A stretch of DNA of 52,373 bases, filler included, from Sphacelaria rigidula (taxonomy: Eukaryota): NCBI GenBank assembly GCA_964200075.2. It is 3 parts of 3 records of this genome, joined end to end, with 100 filler letters (N's around TTAATTAATTAA, not from the genome) between each part and the next. Parts side by side here need not be neighbours in the genome. Positions count along the whole stretch, not along the records: positions 17,509 to 34,895 come from CAXNAA020001094.1; positions 34,996 to 52,373 come from CAXNAA020001095.1; 1 more part is not named here. One strand, 5' to 3'. Positions within the stretch are counted from its first letter, which is position 1; each line of letters opens with the position of its first letter. Below, one piece after another: positions 30,541 to 42,674 of this stretch. The notes under the pieces are model-generated. The model made no database searches. It was not told the DNA's origin and worked only from the letters and a program-made list of their open reading frames with translations. Position numbers and translations under genes: made by a program.

Positions 30541-33500
30541 CTAGGGAAAGTCGGTATATACAGGGAAGACATTGCTCGCCCCTCCGCTTCTTCCCCTCTC
30601 CCCCCCTCCCCCATGTCTTTACAGCAAGATATAGAACACGATTCAGACACGTTCTGGTAGAATCAGAGTAACCGATGAACCTGCGAGTATTGTCAAAGTA
30701 GTTCATCGTTGCCCTTGGTGGTATTGCACTGCGAGAAATGCTACGGTAGGGGTGCCCTTTTTGCTCATAACCTGGTCTGGTTCAGGGGTTCCTAACGGTT
30801 CTAAATGCACAAGAATATGGGTCAGGGCATCCCCGTTTGCAAATTCATTCGAGATATCCCTAGCGTATTGGAATACTGATCCTGACGTACTCTCATATAT
30901 ATCATCAGTCGTGTTTTGGGTGAGATTAAGGGCTCCTAAGAATTCTAACCTTAGAAAATATTTGCGCACCCGTACCCCGGCATCACTCCTTCCCGCACAA
31001 GAAAGTTTCAGCTCGAGGAGTTTCTGTGGGGGAAGATCGGTGGATCAATTTGGCGGTCTGTTCAAGTGTAGACATTTGGGCAAAGAGGGTGTCACGGATT
31101 CGCTTCACGTTTCGCTGACGACTTCGAACACCCAGTTCATCAGGAGGAGAAAAAACGGAAACGAAGACCGGAACTACCATATTTTCCCAAAGCAAGCACC
31201 GAATCCACCTTTATACAAGAAATAGTGCGTTGTATAGCACGTAGTCATCTCTTGATGGCAACAGGGTTAAGCGACGAGGTCAGGACAACGTGACGACTCA
31301 AGGCTGTTCATGGTTTCTGTTGGAATAATTCGTGTTCGTAGCACTATCCTTACGACAGGCCAACTACCCTTCAGCGAACAGTAGTACACAGAGGTTGCAC
31401 CGTGGTTGATTAGACCACTTGCTTCCGCAGCTTCAGAATAAAATCAATGAGACGAATGGTTGATTGGGCTCTTTATTTGGCCAAGAAAATCAGAACTCGC
31501 AGTTTCCTCTCAAGGCGGAGAACTGATGGTAGTGAAGGAGAGTGGCTGTAGAGGGCAGTGAGGACCACCAAACACAATTGCTCAACCCTTGGAACAAAAA
31601 ACAAAGCTCTACACGTATGTGGGCTAAAACGCGTCCTTGACTCTGACGTGTTGGTTTGCCAGCTCACAGACTGGATTCTTACTCAAGCTACGACACTCAC
31701 AAACAATGGCAGCACACTGCCTTATTCTACGAGCTTACATGGCAAGTCTGACAGAATATTGAACTCAAGTATTCATATTAAAAAAAAAAGTACTTGAACC
31801 CTTGGTCAATATTGGGTGGCTCCTAGTTGAACCAAAACATGTTGTCCCGCTAAATTTGCTACAGAGTAAAAACTCACACACAGAAGATAAACAGCTAGAT
31901 TGCTGGCTGTATCAATTTCCAACAGTTTCTGTAGAGTGTCTGCGGGGAGACGTCTTTCTTCAACCAATCTTCTGACAAGAACAGCATTGTACATGCCTGA
32001 TATTTAAGATGAACTGACAGTCCATTTATCACGTGAAGGCTGGCGTCGATGGGACAAAATCGAGTGAATCGCATATGTGTGATGCAACATCCGACAAACA
32101 AAACAAAACGCCTGATGCGGTCCTTATTTTGTCTCAGCACCAAAAAACTATCTGCCGAGGCTGGTGAACGTCTGCGGGATTGATTGAAGACAAGGTCGAA
32201 CCAATTACAAATAATATACGAATACCGTTGAGCACACGGAATACAGCCCCTACCTCAACCCCTACTTTAGCCCCGAAAACTCTCGAGTACAGAGAGAGAG
32301 AGTCAAAGCGTCTACAGAAAACGAAAGTCGTCGTCATCTAATGACATGTGTTCTCAAACATGCAACGTCGCAAAGGAAGCTCGTGTCGTTGACAGGCGTG
32401 CGTCTTGCTGAAGCCAGACCGCGCCCGCTTCCAAAACCAAAGAGACCCCAAATTCGCTCACGAACCAGAGAGCTTACCTGAAACATCGTCGGTTCCAGAA
32501 TCAGGGCTTCCAGTGCTGCTGGTAATCAATACTTCTGGAACATTTTTTGCAGGCGGTGGGACAATGCAAGGTGGGAAAAAGGGCAAAGCTCGTCACCGGC
32601 TATGTTATCTGTGCTTTCCCACAATTCAACACGTCTTTCTTTACTTTTTTTCTTTCTTTTTCTTTTTTTGTTATCATTAATATGAGTATTATGGTTATCA
32701 TGATTATTACGCTTGATATGGCTACAGTAGTCAGCGTCAGAAGTATGCAGAATTCGTAATTTCTTAGTTTCTCAAAGATTTTCCAAATTTGTTTCGCTTG
32801 CCACCGCTCATCACAGTGACTGTTAGATACCAAAAAGCGGGCATCTAGAGATATATTTATCCTCTTGACAAATATTGAAAGAAAAAATATCGGTGCTCAA
32901 TATTGAGTGACTTACGTAGTGGGGGTCCTGCGAGAGTGCAAACCAAGGTTCTAGCTTTTCGGTATTTTTGGTGGACCGACTCAATCCCGATCATATAAGT
33001 GAAGACTCAAGAAGGATCAGTGTTTCGAAAGTCTACCTGTTCACAGCGCTAAAGCCGGAAAACCATCTTTCTTAGACCGATCACGGTGAAAAAAAACTCC
33101 TGATAAACGGGGTCTTTACTCCATATCGTCCCCACAGCACCAACTTGGGCATTGTGATTCGAGCACGGTCTGCTTATTTCGCCGAAACTATCGATGCTGG
33201 CACTTTCGAGTGCTCATCGAAAATGTTATGCGAAAAAAAATCAAAGGAGGCCATCCGCAGAAAATGCTAGACTGAGGTCTGTGCAGTACAGGAGGGAAAC
33301 ACGATGCGTCGATCGTTATTTTGAACAATTGTAACGTATTCTTTATCTGAATATTTACCGTTTCGTTGCGGGAGAGCCGGAAAGTTATCTTTATTGGATC
33401 GGAAACGGTTAAAAACACCCTCCTGAAAAACGGGGAACCTAGTCCGTATCACCCAAAAAATACCAACTCGAGCATTGCAGTTTGAGCGCGGCCTACGCTT

Positions 33501-34399
33501 TCCCCTAAATCTACAGGCGCTAGCACTTTCAAGTGGTAATGAAGAATAATACTCGAGAAAAACTCAAGAACTACAACGACTACGGATTTTGAAAACTCCT
33601 GATGCTGACAACTATACTAGTGCTCTTTTCTTCTCTCTTATTTTTCTTTTTTTTTGTTGTAGATCGGCCATTTCTTTTTGTGCTTTGCTTTTGATAATTT
33701 TTGTATTCCTTTTTTTTTTGCGTCTTGGCCTACTACGTCGTAATGTTCGACTTTTTTTTTTCCCTTCTTTTTCTTGAGCGATTGTTTCAGTTTTTTTTTC
33801 TTGGGGACGTCTGTCATGAGACCACGGCCAGACCCCTGGGGGATCAGTTAAAATGCGACAATCAATCAATCAAGTAGTCAGTCAACACGATTTGTAGCTT
33901 ACCGCAACGACGAACAGGAAATACCGCGAGTAGTTTCACCGACAACTCTTCGGGGTAACTAACGCAGCACCTCAACGACGTACACACTCCATCCTCGTCG
34001 ACGTTGGCACACGGTCACCACCATCGAAAGCAAGAGCGATCAACCACGCCACATAGCATCTCGTTTCTGATGAAACGAGATTCAAAGTTGCCTGACCCGC
34101 ACCGAACGCGGGCACTGGCTGTAAAGAGAGAAATATACAATTGCAGCAGGCCAACTGGTAATACTGTAGCTAAGAATGCTTGCTCATCAGACGATTTCAC
34201 TGAAATGAAATGAAATGAAATGAAACGAAACGGGAGTGTTTTTGTTCGCTTTTTCACTCTCTAGTGATGGGTGAGTGCCACAATTACTGCTCTTTGATTC
34301 ATCATTGAGCCGGCTCGACTTGATATCTATTGGTTATCCCAAATCAGGCCGTAGTACATTTTTTTCATGTCTGCAAAAGTGCAGTTATACCATACTCAC

Positions 34400-34676
34400 T
34401 GCATGCCAGTGGCGCACTAGGGTCCAAGCACTCGAGTGGATGGGCATACCCACAGCAGCAGTCTCCCGCATCGTACCCACATTGGAGATTGTTGTTCAGA
34501 TAATCACACACACCGTTTCCCATAGCAGCCGCTATGCACGTCGGAGCAAACCAGTCGTCGCCGCTAGAGTAGAAGAAAGCCTCCGCCAAAAGGCTAGGAC
34601 CGGAACTCAAGTACGGCAGTAGCAACAGCGGCAGTAGCAGAAACCGCAACATGATTGTCGTGGTTGTTGTCATCAT
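34400..34676 (-). CDS. First exon of a secreted protein with an LNR (Notch/LIN-12)-like repeat
   Basis: Signal peptide MLRFLLLPLLLLPYLSS...; motif C....GNGVCD..NNNLQCGYDAGDCC; donor-like GTGAGT directly after 34400. Confidence 0.75.
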
Positions 34677-34895
34677 GGACGTCGTCGTGGATGTCGCTCA
34701 GGCTGGGCGTAAGGCTGCACACATGCGTGCGAGATATCGGCAGCAACGACAGACAGAGATGATGAAACGTGTATTGAATTCGTACTCAGTACTCATATGA
34801 TGAAGCGGATTTTCAGGGGGGCGGGGGGGGGGGGGGGGGTACTTATTTTTCGTTTGTTTTTGTCTGGTGCCCCTTTACCACCCATTCCTTTTGAG

Positions 34896-34995
34896 NNNNN
34901 NNNNNNNNNNNNNNNNNNNNNNNNNNNNNNNNNNNNNNNTTAATTAATTAANNNNNNNNNNNNNNNNNNNNNNNNNNNNNNNNNNNNNNNNNNNN
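34896..34995. other. Artificial contig-joining linker
   Basis: N44-TTAATTAATTAA-N44. Confidence 0.98.
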
Positions 34996-35165
34996 ATCGT
35001 AGGTATCGTAGGTATGACATTTGAATATACCGGATTGGGCTGGTACGGTAGGTATTGAAATCTCGAAATACCGTGGTATCGTGGGTATCGTAGGTATGAC
35101 ATTTGAATATACCGGATTGGACCGGTATCGGAAGGGTATGAGATGTCGCAAATACCGGTACCGGG
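34996..35165 (+). repeat. Tandem repeat remnant (~82-bp period) at the contig start
   Basis: ATCGT.GGTATCGTAGGTATGACATTTGAATATACCGGATTGG at 34996 and 35078. Confidence 0.8.
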
Positions 35166-35319
35166 TACCTACCTTACCTGCGGTGCCTGTGCAGTCCTCC
35201 TTTCAAACGGGGGGCAGGCGGGCCCACGTGGCCGGCTTGGTGCTGCATGCTCTTGCAAATTCCGCTGCGTTTTCATACGTTTTCTGTGTCACGTTGGTAT
35301 CGGTGTCAAGTCTCAGGCC

Positions 35320-35470
35320 ACTGAGCGAGGCGCTCCGACAAATTGTAGCTTTTGCGGGATTATCACCCCACGAGTTTGCGTCGCATTCTCTAAGAATTAG
35401 GGGCGCCACATGTTTTGCGGCAGGCCGTACATCGCGTAACGTATTGAAGAGTGAGGGGGGATGTGCTAGG
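35320..35470 (+). pseudogene. DIRS/Ngaro-type tyrosine recombinase fragment
   Basis: LRQIVAFAGLSPHEFASHSLRIRGATCFAAG matches the HSLRIGGAT motif of YR retroelements. The rest of the gene is absent. Confidence 0.7.
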
Positions 35471-37226
35471 AAGCAGACTCGGAACAAAAACGTCGATGTT
35501 TCCTTCAGGCTGGAGTTTTCTGTAGATCATAGATGGCTGTGTATACATACAGCACTCACGTTGAGGCGGTAACCCCATTAGTTTTCCTTACAGCGTAGGC
35601 GTCCGATCAGTGAGAGCGCAAGAAAGAACAAATTAAAATGCAGCTTACCGCACGGCGCTTTTTTCTCAGGTCTCTCTTCGTTTCCTAGCTTCGATTTCTC
35701 GGAGTTCGTTCAACTTTGAAGTCGTAGTTTTTTTCGTATCTTCGTCTTTTCCTCGGTGAATTTAACAACTGCCGCGGTTCGGTGAATTTTGGAGCAAAAG
35801 TTTAGTCTCTGTCCTGGCCGTCTATTTTGGCGTCACAGGTTTCCGTTTGAAGGGGTACAAAAAAAGCGAGAACGAACAGGTCAAATATTACACCCTTGCC
35901 GGATCTTCCATCTTCTACTCATCACATGTACTATAGTTTCATTACCGATGCAGATATCCAATTTTTGGCTCAACCTCTTGGTAATAGTCATTGCCTTTAC
36001 CATCTCCAAAATTAAATTACTTCCTTTCCACGCCCATCGTGGAGGACGGGGCCGACCCTTGTATCATACAATTTAAAATACGTTTTCAACGTTTTGTCTC
36101 AATTCGTATACGACACTCCCGTTTCCATCTTCTGGAACTCCTTGTTACAGAAAATACGCATGCACACCACAAAACAAATAATGAAAAGGAAGATGGAAGA
36201 GATATGAGGAAAGGGGGGGGCAGCAGTAATACCAAGATAAATCAATTACTAGTCCCGCTAACGAAGAAAACACGCCATCGTCACCCGTGAACACATTTAC
36301 AGATCATCAGTAGAAGGATGGCAAAGATGACGCACTTGTGGCGATCAAGATCCAAACGGGCGATTAGTCGGACTGAACTGTGCTGCGTCCGCTGTAGAAG
36401 CGTATCGGAGCTTGGGACATCGTACGCACAGCACAGCTTGTTACCTTGCACAGCACACACATGCCTGCGCCGTCACGAGCTAGACACTCGGCATATACTT
36501 CCTGGCAAGTTAAATAGTTCAGGTTTACTGATGCTCTTGTCGTAGGTGCGGTTACATGGGTAACAAACAGCACTGTGCCGCGATGACACTCTACTTGCAG
36601 TGGGTACAGTTGAGGACGAAGTGGAATATCCTTGTCACACATGGATGACGTGGTAGATCTGAGACGACCACGACCCCGTGCATTCCAACAATATTACTTA
36701 TATTGGGTATACCACTCGATGTCTGCTACCCGAGGAGGAAATCGGGCTCTTAGCTACAGGTAGTACATGAACGAGAGGCAACTACAATCCGCTACTAAAC
36801 AAAACACAGAGTCCTTGGTGCTACCCCACGAAGTACACATGAAACTGGCATGCCGCGTGCATACACACAAGATCGTCAACCACTTTAAAACACCGAGGGT
36901 TCTCCATAACCCGAGGAAGTAAAGTGGCGGATGCGTTCGTGAATATTAGTTTGTATGACAGGCGCACAACACCTAGATACACCGGTGGGCCATGCAACCT
37001 CCAACGTTCCCTCAGAGCAGTATGGCCGGCTGACAGTGCACGAGTTCCACTAGGGGGATGGGGGATAGGGGGCGTATAGGTTCCTAGATACCCGAGAAAT
37101 TCATCCATGTATCACACCCTGAGCGTGACCTCAAGCACAAGAATCAATATCGCGCTGGTATTTTGCCAAGGAAAAAATGGTACTTTCGACCTTGCGCTGG
37201 CTAGTAAGCACTGCCGAATTCGCTGA

Positions 37227-39017
37227 CTAGTAAGCACTCCCGAATTCGTCGCGGTACTTTGCTTGACAATGCGGTTCCATCATCCTTCTGAATTTCATGA
37301 GCAGGGCCACGGGGTTGGCATGTGAAGGGTGGAAAACTTCGGGCTTCCTGCGAGCCTCCTCCGCCAGGCTTTGCCAGTCCTTCCTGCCCTCGATGTATCC
37401 AAATCGCCATATGATGCGGCACTCGGCGGTCGTGTAATGTTGGTACTGCTTCCGCTTAACGTTGTCACGCTCAGTGAGATCGCGCTCGTCTCCGAATTTC
37501 GCAATGCAATTGGCAATCCCATGGCGCGACGTCAGTGTCTGGTATCTCTTGCTCAGACTGTTAGCGGTGGCGTGGGTTTTATGGAAAATATTCGGCTTTC
37601 TCTCGGCCTCTCGGGCCAGACTCTCCCAGTCTTTTCTGCCCTCGACGTACCCGAACTGCCATACCAGGCGACTCTCCTCGTCCGTGTACAAGACCCGTCT
37701 TTCTTTTGCTGCGCTAGACCCCTCATCATCATATTCTTCGTCGTCCTCCAAATCCTTATCTGTGTCTTGTGCCCCGTCATGTATCCCCATGCGCCTGGTA
37801 CTCCTCGCGTTGTAGGCCTCGATATCAGCCCCAAACTTCTTCGCATATATCGCGATCTGCCTGGGCGAACATGTCATGCGGTACAGTCTCATTGATAGGC
37901 TACTTGGGGTTGTATGGTTGGGATGGAAAATGTCTGGCCTCTTCCGAACCTCCTCGGCCACACTCTCCCAGTCTCTATTCCCCTGGATATACGCGATACG
38001 CCATAACATTCGACTCTCAGCGTCACTGTAAGGTCGCCGCCTACCCTCATCCTCCTGCGCTGATTCATCCATCTCCGTGTCTTGCTGGACAGCGCGAGCC
38101 TTAGCTAGATACTCCTTGCGGTTTGCGCCGTATTTAGCACGAGAGTCTGACATCTCCAAACGTAGCTTGCGGAACCGTTTGCTCAGGCTGGCCACAACGG
38201 TATGGGATCTATGGAAAGTTTCCGGCATGCTCTTGGCCTCTTCGACCAAGGCTTTCCAGTCTCTTCTGCGCTCGATGTACCCAAAACGCCATACAATCCG
38301 ACTCTCGGCGTCTGTATACCTTATGCTAGTGCTGACCTCATCCTCATCCTCATCGCCATCCCCGTCCTCGTTCTCGCTCGCATTGCCACCCCCATCCTCA
38401 TCATCGTCCTCGTCCTCATCCTCGTCGTCTAGTCCTTCATGAATCTGATCATTGTCGGGATCTTCGCATTCCTTATTCTTCTTGTCTCTGTATTCCCGCA
38501 GCTTCGCTTGATAGGTTCGACGGGTGTCCCCAAACTTTTTCCGGAATATGGAGATGCGCCCGGGCTTACACATTCTGAAAAACCTCTTGCTCAGACTCCC
38601 GGCGCTGGGGCGTTTGTAACGAAATACGCCTGGCTCTTCCCGGGCTTCCTGGGCCAGCCTCTCCCAATCTCTTCTACCGTCGATGAATCCAAAGCGCCAT
38701 ATCCAACGATTTTCATCCTCACTGTATCTCACAGCCGAGCTCTCGCGATGGTTCGTTCCCCTCTCCCCATGTTTGCCTCTCTCTTCGCCAACTTCTTCCA
38801 TCTCCGTTTCTTCGCCGTCCGTGCTCTCACCATTCGTCTCTTGTTTTCCCGAGTCGTGACAGCGGGGTTTTTTCTGCCGGGGTTCCTCTTCGTGACGCCG
38901 CTCAGAGGATTGCGAAATATCGATGGCAGGTCCTGGAGCGCGCCATGGCAACGGGGTGGTCACGAACTCGCGCGTCTCTATGCCTGCCGTGGGCTGCTTG
39001 GGCGGCGGGGGAAGTTC
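37227..39017 (-). CDS. Protein with five divergent Myb/SANT-like repeats (large terminal exon)
   Basis: Five ~65-aa repeats Y(S/T).xE.R..W.FGY..GR.DW..LA.EA...P..FH..H....SLS.R...M...KFG, separated by acidic linkers. Acceptor-like GGGACAG at 39018. Confidence 0.8.
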   Translation of the reverse strand, partial: ELPPPPKQPTAGIETREFVTTPLPWRAPGPAIDISQSSERRHEEEPRQKKPRCHDSGKQETNGESTDGEETEMEEVGEERGKHGERGTNHRESSAVRYSEDENRWIWRFGFIDGRRDWERLAQEAREEPGVFRYKRPSAGSLSKRFFRMCKPGRISIFRKKFGDTRRTYQAKLREYRDKKNKECEDPDNDQIHEGLDDEDEDEDDDEDGGGNASENEDGDGDEDEDEVSTSIRYTDAESRIVWRFGYIERRRDWKALVEEAKSMPETFHRSHTVVASLSKRFRKLRLEMSDSRAKYGANRKEYLAKARAVQQDTEMDESAQEDEGRRRPYSDAESRMLWRIAYIQGNRDWESVAEEVRKRPDIFHPNHTTPSSLSMRLYRMTCSPRQIAIYAKKFGADIEAYNARSTRRMGIHDGAQDTDKDLEDDEEYDDEGSSAAKERRVLYTDEESRLVWQFGYVEGRKDWESLAREAERKPNIFHKTHATANSLSKRYQTLTSRHGIANCIAKFGDERDLTERDNVKRKQYQHYTTAECRIIWRFGYIEGRKDWQSLAEEARRKPEVFHPSHANPVALLMKFRRMMEPHCQAKYRDEFGSAY

Positions 39018-39865
39018 CTGTCCCCAAACAACGATACCAGAGAGCAATGACGTCCACCTTCAGGGTTTTCATACTGTTTCGAGTATTTCTTTCATTTTGC
39101 ATCGCGTCCGTGTGAATTTTCCTGGCTCCTATTTTATTTTATTTTAATTCACTATACCCTACCTTGGGTAGTTGGGCTGTGATGGAAAGCGTCCGCATCA
39201 GCTGCTCGGTGCGGAGTACTGCGCAGATATCGAAGTGGCTTTTAATGTGGAGACAACAACAACATTGAGGCGGTGTTGCACCTCGGAGCAGTATGTACAC
39301 ACGTTGGGTAATAAAACCATGAACCTAGCAATAACGTCAGAATATCACGCTTGTACAGTATCTACAATTGGAAAACAAAGTACATCGCGGTTCTCGTACC
39401 AATACCCGGGTGGTAATGTATGCAAGTCGGATGACGTGCGAGCAAGGACAAATTTCATCGACATGTCATCAATGCTCGTAGGAGTTTACACCAGTATCGA
39501 CTATCGGAAATGCAAGGTGAATGGTTTCCACTGGGCCGTCTGCGTAGAACGGGGTGTGGCGAAGCATCGCAAACCTTCAACTGGTGTACAGAAGCTCTGG
39601 CTCAGAAAACAAGCATCGCGTTAGGTGCGAAAAGCTCACCATAAGATCGCATGCTGTGAAGCACGCGCACAGGTGTGAAATACTGACACAAAGTGTTTTT
39701 CGACACACCGATTCTTGCCGACAGAGTTCTGCGTCGAGGCCAGTCTTTGTGAACATTTGCAGTTCACGTGAAAAAGCACGCCGGACTGCTGGGTTGCAAC
39801 CCCGTATACGTTGTTCGGAAAACCATAAAGTTATCTATACTCATGCGTGTACATCGTCAACCAAC

Positions 39866-40141
39866 CGTATATGCAGCATCCGACTCAGGCGTGGGAGCTG
39901 CAAGTGTAAGCTGCAGTGGCTGTTGGAGAGGGCTTGGCTGCGGTGGGGGAGCAGGGGGTGCTGAAACTTCCGGAGGTGGCGCCATGGACTGGAGGGTTTT
40001 CCGAAATCGTGTCAGGGTTTCGAACCTAGCCACGGCCTCTTCCAACTGTTGCTGACAAAGTCGCCCGTTGACACCTCTGATGCGGAGGCGCAGCTCACGC
40101 AGCTCATTGTCAACGTCCGATGTGTCCGAGAGCTCCATGTC
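39866..40141 (-). CDS. Probable upstream exon of the Myb-repeat gene (coiled coil plus Pro/Gln-rich)
   Basis: DMELSDTSDVDNELRELRLRI...PPPEVSAPPAPPPQP. Acceptor CCGTCAG and donor ACG|GTTGGT are phase-compatible with the exon starting at 39017. Confidence 0.5.
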
Positions 40142-41299
40142 CTGACGGCGCAGGCATGAGGTAAGCACGACGGTGATGATGGGAGATCGTTTCTCATCTA
40201 CGTAGTAGCTCCATTGCTGTGAAATTGGCCAAAGGGTAGACGTGGGCTAAAGCTAACACATGTGCTTGACCAATGATCGACGAAGGTAATGCTGAATGCT
40301 TGCTTTATCACGATTTTCCAGCATAACACATGTCAGTGGTTCACACTGAGCACTTGGAGGTATTAGACGCCCCCAGAATGGGCTGGACCGCCTTTCGACC
40401 CTGACGGTGCGCAATAACATCAATCGAGGCGGGGGTTGATAGCCACGTTTTCATCAATGCACTTTGAATAAGCGTATCCCTCCCACCCGTCTGATGAGAA
40501 TGTGAATATCGTCTGCTGAGACTTTGACAGAAAGCAAGGCCCTCTGGCAAGCGCCTTTAGGTACGAAAAACTCGTAACAGCTACGGTACGGTAGATGGAA
40601 CGGAACCATGTATCTTGCACTTACTAGGACGAGAAGCCAGAGACTGATACACAGCCGGCGCCACATATACTCTCGTTACATGTCCATGTTCGTGAGCAGG
40701 TTCAACTATGGTGATGTGAAATTGGTTTCGGCAGTCACTCATACCTCCCAATATGTGTGTGGAGGAGAGATACAACTGCCTGCTTATCGGTAAGTAACCA
40801 GAGAACAGCGTCTTCGGAGTTGAGACAACCCACTTCCGCATCTCCACGTGGTCTTAAAAATATGGACCCTCCTCTCTTCCGGTGCCTGCCTGACATCTTA
40901 CTCCAAACTTGAACCAGCACTACTGCGCCCTCTCAGCTCTCGTCGAACTTTCTTCCATTCTCAAGCCCTTGAGCTTCCAACGATTGGAACCGAATTCCGC
41001 TTTCCTTGACAGTGTGTATCGGGGTTTGAACCCGCAACCTTTCGCCGTAAGTAGTCGCCGTTGTACAAGTTAGGCACCGAAGCCTGGCGGCCCCGTTGTG
41101 ACAAAGATACAGCTTGAGTGAGTTGACAGTCGTGAACTAAGCGATCCGCCATGGGTTCAGCCGTGATCACAAAAAAGACGGACCCAAGGTATGCAAACAG
41201 CAACACTTGGTGGAGGAAGCTCAAGAGAGTGAAAATATGGGATAAGGAGAGACGAAAACAAGAAGGAACTAAAAGGCAAGTAGAAGAGGAACCATAAAA

Positions 41300-42674
41300 G
41301 GGTAGTGACCTAGAAGAGGTTTGCCTTCTCGTATTTCACCTACGAAAGAACGAAAAAAGATTACCAGAAACGTGAAAACAGAAAAAAGATTACCAGAAAC
41401 GCGAAAACAGCAAAACACACAATCTAGACTAATTTCGCTCCGAATTCTTCACGCACTGCAATCAGGGGGCTCCTTGGCACCCGGGCCTTGAAAACAAAAC
41501 AGACGAAAACATGTTACTCGAGAGGTACGGCCATGCGCAGAAGGACGTTCCGCCTCCAGCAACCACTTCCCATCTCTAGGCCAAGTTTCGGTCAGGTAAT
41601 ACCTGATGTCGGAATTCTTCTTAAATCGTACCTTATCTGGGCTACCAGTCGGCTCAGAAAGTACCTATTCTGGGCCATCACTTTCCACACTGTACCTGAT
41701 GCGACACACTGCGCGCAAGGGAATCTACGCGCCAACTCCAACCATGGTGCTCACACATGAGGATTTTTTCCCGCCCATTTGTCGTTCACCAGCGCCACAA
41801 CGACCACATTTTACTAAGCCTAACGCCACAACCATTAACCCTTTTGGGACCGGACTCTCCACAAGGTTAGGTGTGTGGTACTTTCCCTCCACAACCGTGT
41901 GCTAGTGGCAGTCATCCGTTAACTTTGTTTTCGACTCAAAACAATGACGATTCACAAAAAGGTGTGAAATCGGCAAAATTTTGACTCGAAGAGAACACAA
42001 ATGGACACCTGCCACCAACACATGATTGTGAGAGGAAAGGGTTCCAAAAGAGTCAACACTGACACCAGCCCCAGATCGCAATAACACGATGTCACATAAC
42101 ACCCCGTAAGCGCAAAAGATTGACGTGTCTTGCTTTGTAAGTCCAGTTTTTGTGCCGATCCGTAAGAACTCGGGGACCATTTACGGGGAGAAAGAGGTGC
42201 GGTCGTTGTGGCGTTGGTGAACGCCAAACGGGCGGGAAAAAAGCCGCATGTGTGAGCGCCATGGTTGGAGTTGGCGCGTAGATTTCCTTGCGCGCAGTGT
42301 GTCGCATCAGGTACAGTGTGGAAAGTGATGGCCCAGGATAGGCACTTTGTGAGCTGACCGGTGGCCCAAATAAGGTACGATTTGAAAACAAGTCCGACAT
42401 CAGGTATACCTGACCGAAATTTGGCCCGAAGAGGGGAAGCGGTTGCTGGAGGCGAGACGTCCTTCTGCGCATGGCCATGTCTCGCGAGTAACATATTTTG
42501 TCTGTTTTGTTTTCGAGGTCCGGGTGCCGAGGAGCCCCCCGCTTGCTGTGGGTGAAAAGTTCCGAGCGAAATCGGTCTAGATTGTGTGTGTTGCTGTTTT
42601 TGCGTTTCTGGTCATTTTTTCGTATCTTTCTTGGGCAAAAGACGAGAACGTTTGCCTCTTCTAGGCTATTACCC
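41300..42674. mobile_element. Foldback (Mutator-like non-autonomous) element with ~480-500-bp imperfect inverted arms
   Basis: 41300-41810 is the diverged reverse complement of ~42197-42674. Ends are GGGTAGTGACCTAGAAGAGG and CCTCTTCTAGGCTATTACCC. No convincing TSD. Confidence 0.75.

Noticed and set aside
35320-35470. Functional link between this recombinase fragment and the viral integrase
   Set aside because: It lies on a different contig, has a different motif type (HSLRI.GAT, DIRS/Ngaro-like) and is only a fragment.
41015-41050. tRNA or SINE suggested by a B-box-like GGTTCAAACCCC on the minus strand (similar motif near 43365)
   Set aside because: No A-box or cloverleaf could be built around either motif.
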